Shown one piece after another: positions 44,907 through 53,846 of a stretch of 64,000 nucleotides of DNA. The notes beneath the pieces are model-generated. The model searched no databases. It saw nothing but the letters and a program-made list of their open reading frames with translations, and was not told where the DNA came from. This stretch comes from Patescibacteria group bacterium (lineage in GTDB: Bacteria > Patescibacteriota > Minisyncoccia > Minisyncoccales > CAZWNE01). The position numbers and the translations under genes were made by a program. Location: assembly GCA_038078735.1 (NCBI GenBank), contig JBBTTI010000001.1, positions 20,830-84,829 of the forward strand. Direction: 5' to 3'. Each line of letters opens with the position of its first letter. The first letter of the stretch is position 1.

Positions 44907-47279
44907 ATGGAACAATACAACCCGCAGAGAATTGAAGCGAAATGGCAAAAATTTTGGGAGAAGAAAGGGTTTTATAAAACTGAAGATTCGAGTAAAAAAC
45001 CTAAAAAATATATTTTAGTTGAATTTCCTTATCCTTCTGGCGACGGCCTTCATGTCGGCCACGTCAGAAGTTATTCTGCTTTAGACGCGGTCTGCCGAAA
45101 AAAAAGAATGGAAGGGTTTAATGTTTTGTTCCCGATTGGCTGGGATGCTTTTGGTTTGCCGACAGAAAATTATGCCATAAAAAATGGCATCCATCCGAGC
45201 GCGGCCACGGGAAAAAATATAGCTAATTTTAAAAGACAGCTTAAGAGTTTGGGTCTGTCATTTGATTGGTCAAGGGAGATAAATACAACTGATCCCGAAT
45301 ATTATAAATGGACTCAATGGATCTTTTTAAAACTTTTTGAGAAAGACATGGCTTATCAAGCGGAAATTCCGGTTAACTGGTGCCCTTCTTGCAAAATTGG
45401 TTTGGCTAATGAAGAAGTAGTTGATGGAGCTTGCGAAAGATGTCATACGCCAGTCGGAGAGAAAACATTAAAGCAATGGATGATACGAATTACCAAGTAT
45501 GCCGACAGATTGATAGACGATTTGAAGAATGTTGATTTCCCCGAGCGCGTTAAATCCCAAGAAATAAATTGGATAGGAAAATCAGAAGGCGCAGAAATTA
45601 AATTTAAAATTGTCATAGGTGACACCTATGACAATTTACCAGTTTTTACAACAAGGCCAGATACGTTATTCGGCTGTACTTATTTAGTTTTATCGCCGGA
45701 ACATTCGTTAATCGAAAATTTAAAATTAAAAATTGAAAATTGGGACGAAGTCCAAAAATATCGCAAAGAAGCGAAAAAGAAAAGCGAGCTGGAAAGAACG
45801 GAATTAACTAAAGATAAAACCGGTGTGGAATTAAAGGGAATAAAAGCGATAAATCCGGCAAACAATGAAGAAATTCCTGTTTTTGTGGCAGATTATGTTT
45901 TATCTTCTTATGGAACCGGCGCCATTATGGCGGTTCCGGCTCATGATCAGCGCGATTTTGATTTTGCCAAAAAATATAATCTGCCGATTAAAATTGTTGT
46001 TGACGATAAGGAACGCTTGGTTGATTCTGGAAAATTTAACGGGATGGAGTCAGATGTTGCTAAATGGGAAATTACTAAGTTTGTTGGCGGGAAGAAAACA
46101 ATAAATTACAAATTAAGGGATTGGGTTTTTTCAAGGCAACATTATTGGGGAGAGCCCATTCCAATTATTCATTGCTTGAAATGCGGCCAAGTGCCGGTGC
46201 CGGAAAAAGATTTGCCGGTAGAGCTTCCTTACGTTGAAAAATACCAGCCAACAGGAACCGGCGAATCGCCCTTGGCAGTTATCACGGATTGGGTTAATGT
46301 TAAATGTCCGAAATGCGGCGGCCAGGCTAAGCGGGAAACTGACACTATGCCTAATTGGGCCGGATCTAACTGGTATTATTTAAGATATCTAGATCCGAAA
46401 AATAATAAAGCCTTGGCTGATGTTAAAAAAATAAAATACTGGATGCCTCTTGATTGGTATAACGGCGGTATGGAACATACCACTTTGCATCTTTTATATT
46501 CCAGATTTGTTTACAAATTTTTATATGACATCGGGATAGTGCCGTCTTCCGAGCCTTACCAAAAAAGAACTTCCCATGGCATGGTTTTAGCCGAAGACAA
46601 CAGGAAAATGTCCAAGTCTTTTGGCAATGTCATTAACCCGGACGATATTGTCAAAAAATTTGGCGCTGATTCATTACGTCTTTATGAAATGTTTATGGGG
46701 CCATTTGATCAGGCAATTGCTTGGAGCACGAACGGCTTAAGAGGTTGTTACAGATTTTTAAATAAAGTTTGGCAATTACAATTTAAAGTTAAAAGAGACT
46801 TAGTCTCCCACTTAGAGACTAAGTCTCTAAGTCGCTTGTTACATCAAACGATTAAAAAGGTGACGGAGGATATAGAAAGTTTAAATTATAATACGGCAAT
46901 TTCAGCCTTGATGATTTTAGTTAATCAATCAGACCAAATAACAAAAAATAGTTTTGAAATTTTATTGAAATTGCTGGCGCCATTTGCGCCGCATATTGCT
47001 GAGGAATTATGGAGCAATTTAGGCAATAAAAATTCTATTTTTGAAGAATCTTGGCCGAAATACGACGAAAAATTAATGCAGGAAGATAAAATCAACTTGA
47101 TTATTCAGATTAACGGCAAATTCCGAGATAAGATTGAGGTCGAGGCTGAAATCTCCGAAGGCGAAGTTAAAAAATTGACTTTAAATCGGGAAAAAGTTAA
47201 ACAATGGGTAGCAGGTAAAGAGATTAAAAAAATAATTTTTATTAAAAATAAACTAATCAATATTGTATGTGCGGAATAG
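44907..47279 (+). CDS. leuS: Leucyl-tRNA synthetase
   Basis: PYPSGDGLHVGHV (HIGH), KMSKSFGN, CP1 editing TTRPDTLFG. Confidence 0.95.
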   Translation: MEQYNPQRIEAKWQKFWEKKGFYKTEDSSKKPKKYILVEFPYPSGDGLHVGHVRSYSALDAVCRKKRMEGFNVLFPIGWDAFGLPTENYAIKNGIHPSAATGKNIANFKRQLKSLGLSFDWSREINTTDPEYYKWTQWIFLKLFEKDMAYQAEIPVNWCPSCKIGLANEEVVDGACERCHTPVGEKTLKQWMIRITKYADRLIDDLKNVDFPERVKSQEINWIGKSEGAEIKFKIVIGDTYDNLPVFTTRPDTLFGCTYLVLSPEHSLIENLKLKIENWDEVQKYRKEAKKKSELERTELTKDKTGVELKGIKAINPANNEEIPVFVADYVLSSYGTGAIMAVPAHDQRDFDFAKKYNLPIKIVVDDKERLVDSGKFNGMESDVAKWEITKFVGGKKTINYKLRDWVFSRQHYWGEPIPIIHCLKCGQVPVPEKDLPVELPYVEKYQPTGTGESPLAVITDWVNVKCPKCGGQAKRETDTMPNWAGSNWYYLRYLDPKNNKALADVKKIKYWMPLDWYNGGMEHTTLHLLYSRFVYKFLYDIGIVPSSEPYQKRTSHGMVLAEDNRKMSKSFGNVINPDDIVKKFGADSLRLYEMFMGPFDQAIAWSTNGLRGCYRFLNKVWQLQFKVKRDLVSHLETKSLSRLLHQTIKKVTEDIESLNYNTAISALMILVNQSDQITKNSFEILLKLLAPFAPHIAEELWSNLGNKNSIFEESWPKYDEKLMQEDKINLIIQINGKFRDKIEVEAEISEGEVKKLTLNREKVKQWVAGKEIKKIIFIKNKLINIVCAE
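46795..46831. repeat. Two tandem REP-like palindromes inside leuS (GAGACTTAGTCTC; CTTAGAGACT-A-AGTCTCTAAG)
   Basis: The second differs from the RAYT-flanking 6456-6476 palindrome only by a compensatory G/C to A/T arm change and the central base. Confidence 0.8.
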
Positions 47280-49093
47280 TCGGTTATATAGGTAAAAAAA
47301 ATGCCGTTCCAATTTTAATGGAAGGGCTTAAAAGAGAAAGCTACCGAGGATATGATTCCAGCGGTATTGTTGTTTTATGCGGCAATGAAATTACCAGCGT
47401 TAAGGCGGTGGGCAAATTAGAAGAATTAGAAACAAAAATTATTCCCTGCGATATAAATGGAAATGTCGGTTTGGGCCATGTCCGCTGGGCAACTCACGGC
47501 GAGGTGACCGAAGAAAATGCCCATCCGCATCACGACTGCAAAAACAATATTTGGCTGGTTCATAACGGGATTATTGAAAATTATAAAGAATTGAAAAAAA
47601 AGTTGGAAGAAAAAGGCCATAAATTTGTTTCGCAAACAGATACCGAAGTTTTACCTCACTTGGTTGAAAATTTTTTCCAAGGGAATCTGGAAGATGCGGT
47701 TCGCAAAGCTTTGAAATTGATTAAAGGCACTTACGGTATTGCCGTAATAGCCAAAGAAGATCCCGGAAAAATTGTCGTCGCCAGAATGGCCAGTCCTTTA
47801 GTCATCTCCGTTAACGGCGCAGGCGGTTTTGTCGCTTCAGACTCTGCGGCTATTCTTTCTCATTCAAATAAAGTGGTTTTTCTGGAGGATGGAGAAATTG
47901 CCGTGATTACTCCTGAAGAATTTACAATTACCGACTTGATGAATCATCAAAAAGCCAAAGAGCCCATAGAACTAGATTGGACGATTGAAGAAGCCCAAAA
48001 AGGCGGCTATCCCCATTTTATGCTCAAAGAAATTATGGAGCAGCCGGAGAGTATAGAAAATTCTTTGCGCGGCAGATTGATTTTAGAAGATGGCAAGGCA
48101 AGGTTGGGAGGATTAGCTTCTGTCCAAGATAAATTAAGAGATATTGAAAGGCTGAACATTATTGCTTGCGGCACTGCTTATTATGCCGGGCTGGTGGGAG
48201 AATATATGCTTGAAGAATATGCCGGTGTGCCGGTTGAAGTAGACTTAGCTTCAGAATATCGTTATCGGAAGCCTATCATTGATAAGAAAACAGCGGTTTT
48301 AGCTATTTCTCAATCCGGTGAAACCGCTGACACTTTAGCCGCCCTAAAAGAAGCGAAAGAAAAAGGAGCAATGATCTTAGGGTTAGTTAATACCATTGGT
48401 TCCAGTGTCACCAGAGAAACAGAGGCCGGAGTTTATAATCACGCCGGACCGGAACTTGGCGTTGCTTCTACCAAAGCCTTTACTTCGCAATTGGCAATTT
48501 TAGCTCTTTTGACTTTGTATTTGGGCAGACAGCGTCAGCTTTCTTTAGTTATGGGGCAAAGAATTGCTAAAGAGCTAGCCTTAATTCCTGAATTAGTCGG
48601 GAAAATATTGAAAGACAGCTCTAAGATTGAGGCAGTGGCTAAAAAATATAAAAATTGCGGAAACTTTTTATTCTTAGGCAGAAAATATAACTTCCCTATC
48701 GCTTTAGAAGGAGCCTTAAAACTAAAAGAAATATCTTATGTCCATGCCGAGGGTTACGGCGCCGGGGAAATGAAGCACGGCCCAATTGCTTTGATTGATG
48801 AAAATTTTCCGACAGTGACTATTTGTCCGTCAGATTCGGTCTATGAAAAAATGGTTTCTAATATTGAAGAAATAAAAGCCAGAAAAGGCAAGGTTATTGC
48901 TATAGCTACCGAAGGCAATGAGGAAATAAAAAACCTGGCAGACGATGTAATTTATATCCCCAAAACTCTGGAAATGCTGACGCCGATTTTGTCTATTATT
49001 CCTTTGCAGTTATTTGCCTATTATATGGGGACGCTAAGAGAGTGCGACGTGGATCGTCCCCGCAACCTGGCAAAATCCGTCACCGTAGAGTAA
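47267..49093 (+). CDS. glmS: Glutamine--fructose-6-phosphate aminotransferase
   Basis: MCGIVGYIG N-terminus, two SIS domains, C-terminal ...KSVTVE. Confidence 0.95.
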   Translation: MCGIVGYIGKKNAVPILMEGLKRESYRGYDSSGIVVLCGNEITSVKAVGKLEELETKIIPCDINGNVGLGHVRWATHGEVTEENAHPHHDCKNNIWLVHNGIIENYKELKKKLEEKGHKFVSQTDTEVLPHLVENFFQGNLEDAVRKALKLIKGTYGIAVIAKEDPGKIVVARMASPLVISVNGAGGFVASDSAAILSHSNKVVFLEDGEIAVITPEEFTITDLMNHQKAKEPIELDWTIEEAQKGGYPHFMLKEIMEQPESIENSLRGRLILEDGKARLGGLASVQDKLRDIERLNIIACGTAYYAGLVGEYMLEEYAGVPVEVDLASEYRYRKPIIDKKTAVLAISQSGETADTLAALKEAKEKGAMILGLVNTIGSSVTRETEAGVYNHAGPELGVASTKAFTSQLAILALLTLYLGRQRQLSLVMGQRIAKELALIPELVGKILKDSSKIEAVAKKYKNCGNFLFLGRKYNFPIALEGALKLKEISYVHAEGYGAGEMKHGPIALIDENFPTVTICPSDSVYEKMVSNIEEIKARKGKVIAIATEGNEEIKNLADDVIYIPKTLEMLTPILSIIPLQLFAYYMGTLRECDVDRPRNLAKSVTVE

Positions 49094-49115
49094 AATAATT
49101 TATATATGGAGTATA

Positions 49116-49138
49116 ATCCCGACATCGGGTGTCGGGAT
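49116..49138 (+). terminator. Hairpin ATCCCGACA-TCGGG-TGTCGGGAT downstream of glmS
   Basis: 9-bp perfect stem; weak T-tail. Confidence 0.5.
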
Positions 49139-49142
49139 AAAT

Positions 49143-49171
49143 TTGACAGAACAAATAAAGCGTGCTAAATA
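49143..49171 (+). promoter_or_regulatory. Sigma70-like promoter (TTGACA-17 nt-TAAATA)
   Basis: Followed by a leader hairpin CGCATAGTA..TCTGCTGTGCG and RBS AAGGAGGAAC. Confidence 0.5.
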
Positions 49172-49231
49172 AAGTTCACGCATAGTAAATTTTTCTGCTG
49201 TGCGAGAACCTTAAATAAGGAGGAACAGTCC

Positions 49232-49843
49232 ATGAAGAATGGAACAGTCCACCACAAGGCAACCGATGGGCAGCGAAGGGATATCGCTGCCACTATAGTT
49301 GCTGCCATACCACACGATCTCTCATTTAAAGAGGCTCAGGAAATAATCGGTGGTAAAGGTCCTTTTATAGCCAACATCCGGGAGGTATTCACGAGTCGAC
49401 GATTAACTATTGTACCGGCTGGTGGTGTGTGGTTTAATCTCGAGGTTATTGATGTCGATCCTATGACGGTTGTTGCTCTTGCTAACTACGAGGTTAAAGA
49501 TTGGAAATATCTCGGTCCTCAATATACGGGCAAGCGGGTACGCAGGGTGAAGCTCATTCATTTGGGTCATAATAATAATCTTAATGAGGCAAGAGCAAGA
49601 GCAGATGGGATGGGCTACCGACTTGTTGGTGGCCAAATGATGGAACCTTTTAGAAATAAGTTTCCTAAATATAATGATACCGGGCCCATAGTTTTTGGAG
49701 GTGATGAGTGGTTAAATCCACACGGTGAGACACGTGTCGTGGCCTACCTCCACGATATTAGTAATTATGAGTTGCTGAGAGCATTTCGCAAATCTAATTC
49801 TCTTTTCGACAAAGTCTGCCGATGGATGGTTACCTTAAAATAA
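49232..49843 (+). CDS. Distant paralogue of the DGR-target family, without a Trp-rich VR-like tail
   Basis: Strong RBS. GC-richer island. NEARARADG..., PIVFGGDEWLNPHGETRVVAYL is colinear with IVFTGTIWRIPDGGLSVACLL and IFFDGTVLRDPDGSRCVLYL. Confidence 0.55.
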   Translation: MKNGTVHHKATDGQRRDIAATIVAAIPHDLSFKEAQEIIGGKGPFIANIREVFTSRRLTIVPAGGVWFNLEVIDVDPMTVVALANYEVKDWKYLGPQYTGKRVRRVKLIHLGHNNNLNEARARADGMGYRLVGGQMMEPFRNKFPKYNDTGPIVFGGDEWLNPHGETRVVAYLHDISNYELLRAFRKSNSLFDKVCRWMVTLK

Positions 49844-49941
49844 GGGGCATTGAGCAAAAGTCCTCTCATGGTACTTCGGTACTCGTGGGGGGACTTTTTT
49901 ATTTTCAAATCATTATTTTTTGTGATATATTGGAAGATATT

Positions 49942-51543
49942 ATGGAGAAAACAATTTTAATTGGTGGAAAAGCGGGACAGGGTACGGCGGTTACTTCACA
50001 TTTAATTGCGAAGATTTTTTGCCATTTAGGCTATTATGTTTTTAATTACCGCGATTATCCATCTTTAATTACCGGCGGCCACAATTTTAACGTTATAAGT
50101 ATTTCCGATAAACCTATTTCTTCCCATAAAGATAAGTTTGATATTATCTTGGCTTTAGACCAAAAGACTATTGATCTTCATAAGAAAAATTTAAACAAAG
50201 GAGGAATAATTTTTGACGGTAAAGGTTTAAAACCGATTTTTGGCAATAATGTTTTGATCGGCAAGCTTTTTAAATATTTTGGCGTTGATAAAAGTCCTAT
50301 ATTTAAGGCTTTTGAGGAAGAATTCAAGGAAAAAGCTGAAATGGCTAAAACAGCGATAGAGGAAGGATATAATTCAATTGAAATTAAAGAGAAATTAGTG
50401 AAAAACGGCAAAGAAAAATACTTACTTTCTGGTAATGAGGGATTATCTTTGGGAGCGATTGCCGCAGGAATGGATATTTACATTGCTTATCCAATGACTC
50501 CGGCTACTTCCATTTTGAGTTTTTTGGCTAAAAGGCAGCTAGAGCAGAACATTTTAGTTTTGCAATTGGAAAACGAAATCGCTGTTGTTGACGCAGCTAT
50601 CGGCGCTTCTTTTGTCGGGGCGAAAACAATGGTGGGCACTTCCGGCGGCGGCTTCGCTTTAATGACCGAATCTTTAAGCTTAGCCGGCATGGTGGAATTG
50701 CCCTTGGTGATTTTCTTAGGTCAGAGGACTGCTCCCTCAACCGGAGTTGCCACCTATACTGGCCAAGGTGATTTGAAGTTTGCCTTAAATCCCGGCCAGG
50801 GCGAATTTCCCAGAGTAGTTGTCGCTCCGGGAGACGCCAAAGAAGCTATTATTAGAACCCAGGAATCTTTTTATTTGTCTTCAAAATATCTGGCGCCAAT
50901 AATTATATTAGGAGACAAGCATTTAAGCGAATCAAGCTATAGTTTTGACAATATAGCTAAATCATCCATAAGTAATTCCAGATTTATTTTAGATAAAATT
51001 CCTTTGAATTATAAAAGCTATCAAATCACAAAAACCGGCGTGTCGCCGCGATTGGTTCCGGGTCAAGGGCCGGTGGTTCGCGCCAATAGTTATGAGCACA
51101 CTGATTTTGGCAATACCACAGAAAATGCGGAATGGATAATAAAAATGAACGATAAGCGTCAGAGAAAACAGGAGTCTATTGCTAAAGAAACTAAAAAATT
51201 AAATCCCGTTAGCATCTACGGAAAAGGACGTAATTTAATTATTGGCTGGGGATCAACTAAAGGCGCTATTATTGATGCTTTGCCGAAATTAAAAAATTTC
51301 CGATTCCTGCAGATTTCTTATTTAATGCCTTTTCCGAAAGAAGAGGTTTTGAAAGAAATTAAGAAGTCCCTGCCTGCCGGCAGGCAGGCAAAAAAGATTA
51401 TTTTAGTAGAAAATAATTCCACCGGATTGCTTGGAGATGTTATCGCCGAACAAACAGGATTTATTATTAAAAATAAAATTTTAAGATACGACGCCAGACC
51501 ATTTACTGCGGAATACTTAATTAACGAAATCCATGGAAAATAA
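49942..51543 (+). CDS. 2-oxoacid:ferredoxin oxidoreductase, fused gamma-alpha subunit
   Basis: GGKAGQGTAV (gamma) then GNEGLSLGAIAAGMDIYIAYPMTPATSIL (alpha). The track start at 49822 overlaps the previous gene; MEKTILIGG is preferred. Confidence 0.8.
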   Translation: MEKTILIGGKAGQGTAVTSHLIAKIFCHLGYYVFNYRDYPSLITGGHNFNVISISDKPISSHKDKFDIILALDQKTIDLHKKNLNKGGIIFDGKGLKPIFGNNVLIGKLFKYFGVDKSPIFKAFEEEFKEKAEMAKTAIEEGYNSIEIKEKLVKNGKEKYLLSGNEGLSLGAIAAGMDIYIAYPMTPATSILSFLAKRQLEQNILVLQLENEIAVVDAAIGASFVGAKTMVGTSGGGFALMTESLSLAGMVELPLVIFLGQRTAPSTGVATYTGQGDLKFALNPGQGEFPRVVVAPGDAKEAIIRTQESFYLSSKYLAPIIILGDKHLSESSYSFDNIAKSSISNSRFILDKIPLNYKSYQITKTGVSPRLVPGQGPVVRANSYEHTDFGNTTENAEWIIKMNDKRQRKQESIAKETKKLNPVSIYGKGRNLIIGWGSTKGAIIDALPKLKNFRFLQISYLMPFPKEEVLKEIKKSLPAGRQAKKIILVENNSTGLLGDVIAEQTGFIIKNKILRYDARPFTAEYLINEIHGK

Positions 51544-52366
51544 AGATTTAAATACAAAAGAAGAGAATACTTGGTGCCCGGGGTGTCCGGATTTCAGTAT
51601 TTTGGAGTCAACCAAAAGGGCTTTAGTTGAATTGGTCAATGAAAATAAAATTGAAATCAAAAATACGGCTATCGTCACCGGCATCGGTTGCCATGCTAAA
51701 ATTTTTGACTATTTAGAGTTGAATAGTTTTTCCGGATTGCATGGCCGGGTCTTGCCGATTGCTTTGGGGATGAAAATCGGAAATCCAAAATTAACGGTTA
51801 TCGGCTTTGGCGGCGATGGCGACACTTACTCTGAAGGTATGGAGCATTTTATCCATAATTGCCGATATAACTCGGATATGACGATGATTGTTAATAATAA
51901 TCAGGTTTTTGCCTTAACTGTTGGCCAACCCACGCCAACATCGGAAAAGGGCCCTTTAAAGCCCTTAAACCCCATTGCCCTAGCTTTAACGGCCGGAGCC
52001 AGTTTTGTCGCCCGAGGATCAGCTTTAGATATAGAACATTTGAAAAATCTTATTAAGGAAGCGATTTTGCATAAAGGATTTTCTTTTATTGATATTTTAC
52101 AGCCTTGTATTGTTTTCCATAATACTGTTCCTTATTTCCAGAAAAATATTTATAAGTTAGACCCGATTCGCGATCTGACTAATTCAAAAGAGGCCATGGA
52201 GAGAGCCGAGGAATGGGATTATTGTTTTGATAGGGATCAAAAAATTCCCATCGGCATTTTTTATAAAAAAGAAAGGCCGGTTTTTGAAGAACAACTGCCG
52301 CACAATACTTGGTATACTCAAAAAAGAAAAACCGACTGGCAAGACCTTACCAAAGATTTTCACTAA
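51533..52366 (+). CDS. 2-oxoacid:ferredoxin oxidoreductase beta subunit (TPP-binding)
   Basis: WCPGCPDFSIL, GIGCH, GFGGDGDTYSEG. Confidence 0.85.
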   Translation: MENKDLNTKEENTWCPGCPDFSILESTKRALVELVNENKIEIKNTAIVTGIGCHAKIFDYLELNSFSGLHGRVLPIALGMKIGNPKLTVIGFGGDGDTYSEGMEHFIHNCRYNSDMTMIVNNNQVFALTVGQPTPTSEKGPLKPLNPIALALTAGASFVARGSALDIEHLKNLIKEAILHKGFSFIDILQPCIVFHNTVPYFQKNIYKLDPIRDLTNSKEAMERAEEWDYCFDRDQKIPIGIFYKKERPVFEEQLPHNTWYTQKRKTDWQDLTKDFH

Positions 52367-52405
52367 AAAAGTGGGGCCTCTGACCTCCACTTTTGTTTAA
52401 TAAAA

Positions 52406-52433
52406 TTGACAATTAAAGAATTAACGATATACT
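52406..52433 (+). promoter_or_regulatory. Sigma70-like promoter (TTGACA-16 nt-TATACT)
   Basis: Directly upstream of RBS AGGAGGA and the 52452 ORF. Confidence 0.55.
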
Positions 52434-52451
52434 GTTCATTAGGAGGATAAA

Positions 52452-52757
52452 ATGTCATTAATAGATCTTTTTGAAAATAGACTAAAGCTGGGACAAGAAT
52501 TGAGTGAGGAGGAGCTTGAGGAAATTGATCGAATGAGAGCTACAGAGACAGAGAATAAAGAGCTGTCTGCCCGCCTTGTAGACATAATAGGATTGAACTT
52601 AAGAGTTCGTGTTTCTAATTACATCGAGGCCTTGAAGGAAACATATGACAAAATAGAGCTAGAATATCAGAATCCTAATACTTCGGACAAGCGTAAAGTT
52701 GAGTTAGCCGTGCTGGGTCAGAAGGTTTCCGAGGGTTTAAACATATTAACACGATGA
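52452..52757 (+). CDS. Hypothetical acidic coiled-coil-like protein (101 aa)
   Basis: Consensus promoter, strong RBS and terminator AGCAGGG..CCCTGCT+T-run (52782-52820). Confidence 0.5.
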   Translation: MSLIDLFENRLKLGQELSEEELEEIDRMRATETENKELSARLVDIIGLNLRVRVSNYIEALKETYDKIELEYQNPNTSDKRKVELAVLGQKVSEGLNILTR

Positions 52758-52840
52758 TATTCTGTCGGGAATCGGCGTAATAGCAGGGGGAAAAATTATC
52801 TCGCCCTGCTTTTTTATTTTTAGGTAAATTGTTAAACATT

Positions 52841-52861
52841 GTTAAACATTCAATGTCTAAC
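52841..52861. repeat. REP-like palindrome GTTAAACATTCAATGTCTAAC (preceded by a duplicated GTTAAACATT)
   Basis: AT-shifted variant of the GTTAGACG..CGTCTAAC family; partner copy at 53690-53710. Confidence 0.6.
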
Positions 52862-52989
52862 AACTCTATAGAATAGCAGAATAATATAATAGTAATATCA
52901 TTGCTATAGCATAGATATTACTATTGCATGTGGAGTTTTAAATTAGCTGATTTTTAGTAAAGGGAGCCGATCTGTGATATAAACAATAT

Positions 52990-53274
52990 ATGAATATTAA
53001 AGATATAAAAAATAAAATCAATCCGATTTTAAAACGCAATGATGTCAAAAGGGCGGCGGTTTTTGGTTCAGCCGCAAGGGGTGAAGCGAAAAAAAATAGC
53101 GACGTTGATATTCTTATAAAATTTAAAAAAGATAACAAAACATTGTTTGATTTAGTTGGATTAAAAATTGAATTAGAAGAAAAACTTAATAAAAAGGTAG
53201 ATGTTTTAACTTACGATTCTATCCATCCGCTTTTAAGAAATATTATTTTAAAAGAGCAAAAAATAATTTTATGA
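52990..53274 (+). CDS. MNT-type nucleotidyltransferase antitoxin
   Basis: AAVFGSAARGEAKKNSDVDILI (GSxxRGx..DxD). Confidence 0.85.
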   Translation: MNIKDIKNKINPILKRNDVKRAAVFGSAARGEAKKNSDVDILIKFKKDNKTLFDLVGLKIELEEKLNKKVDVLTYDSIHPLLRNIILKEQKIIL

Positions 53275-53612
53275 GGAAAAATATAAGAATATTTCTCCTT
53301 CATATCTTAGAAAGCATAGAAAGGATAGAAAGTTTTACAGCGGGGATATCTCGCGAGAAGTTTTTAGAGTCGGAAATGATTCAAGACGCAGTTATTAGAA
53401 GATTAGGAATTATTGGAGAAGCAGTTAAAAATTTACCCCAAAGTTTTAAAAATAATCACCAGGAAATTGAATGGAAAAAAATTGCGGGGACAAGAGATAT
53501 TATTATTCATGAATATTTCGGAGTAGATTTAAAGCTTACTTATAAAATTATTGAAAAAGATATCCCAGAATTAAAAGAAAAAATATCAGAGCTATTAAGA
53601 AAAATTAGTTAA
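53271..53612 (+). CDS. HepT/DUF86 HEPN-domain toxin
   Basis: RDIIIHEYFGVD (Rx4-6H HEPN motif). 4-nt overlap with the MNT gene. Confidence 0.85.
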   Translation: MRKNIRIFLLHILESIERIESFTAGISREKFLESEMIQDAVIRRLGIIGEAVKNLPQSFKNNHQEIEWKKIAGTRDIIIHEYFGVDLKLTYKIIEKDIPELKEKISELLRKIS

Positions 53613-53618
53613 ATTAGT

Positions 53619-53674
53619 TAAACTCTTTCTATTTTGGCGCCGAGGAGGCGGAGTTTTTCGTCGAGTTTTTCATA
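53619..53674 (-). repeat. Duplicate of the last 56 nt of murA (encodes YEKLDEKLRLLGAKIERV*)
   Basis: 54/56 identity with 54332-54387; both differences are synonymous. Confidence 0.85.
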
Positions 53675-53689
53675 ATCTCGATCAAATAT

Positions 53690-53710
53690 GTTAAACATCC
53701 GATGTCTAAC
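53690..53710. repeat. REP-like palindrome GTTAAACATCCGATGTCTAAC
   Basis: Same family as 52841-52861. Confidence 0.6.
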
Positions 53711-53754
53711 ATGTAAAAGCTTGACTGGGGATAACTTTTTGCTATACTAAAAAT

Positions 53755-53846
53755 GTGCTTGTGGGGCGTCAGCCCTATTCGGCTAAATACATAAGCCGAA
53801 GGCAGGCACAACAAAAACACCGCTTTAAGGCGGTATTTTTGTTTTT
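53755..53846 (+). ncRNA. Candidate small RNA (~90 nt) between a consensus promoter and a bidirectional terminator
   Basis: TTGACT-16 nt-TATACT at 53721-53748. Nested hairpins GGGC/GCCC and TTCGGCT/AGCCGAA closed by GTGCTTG/CAGGCAC. Terminator ACCGC..GCGGT+T-run. Confidence 0.35.
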
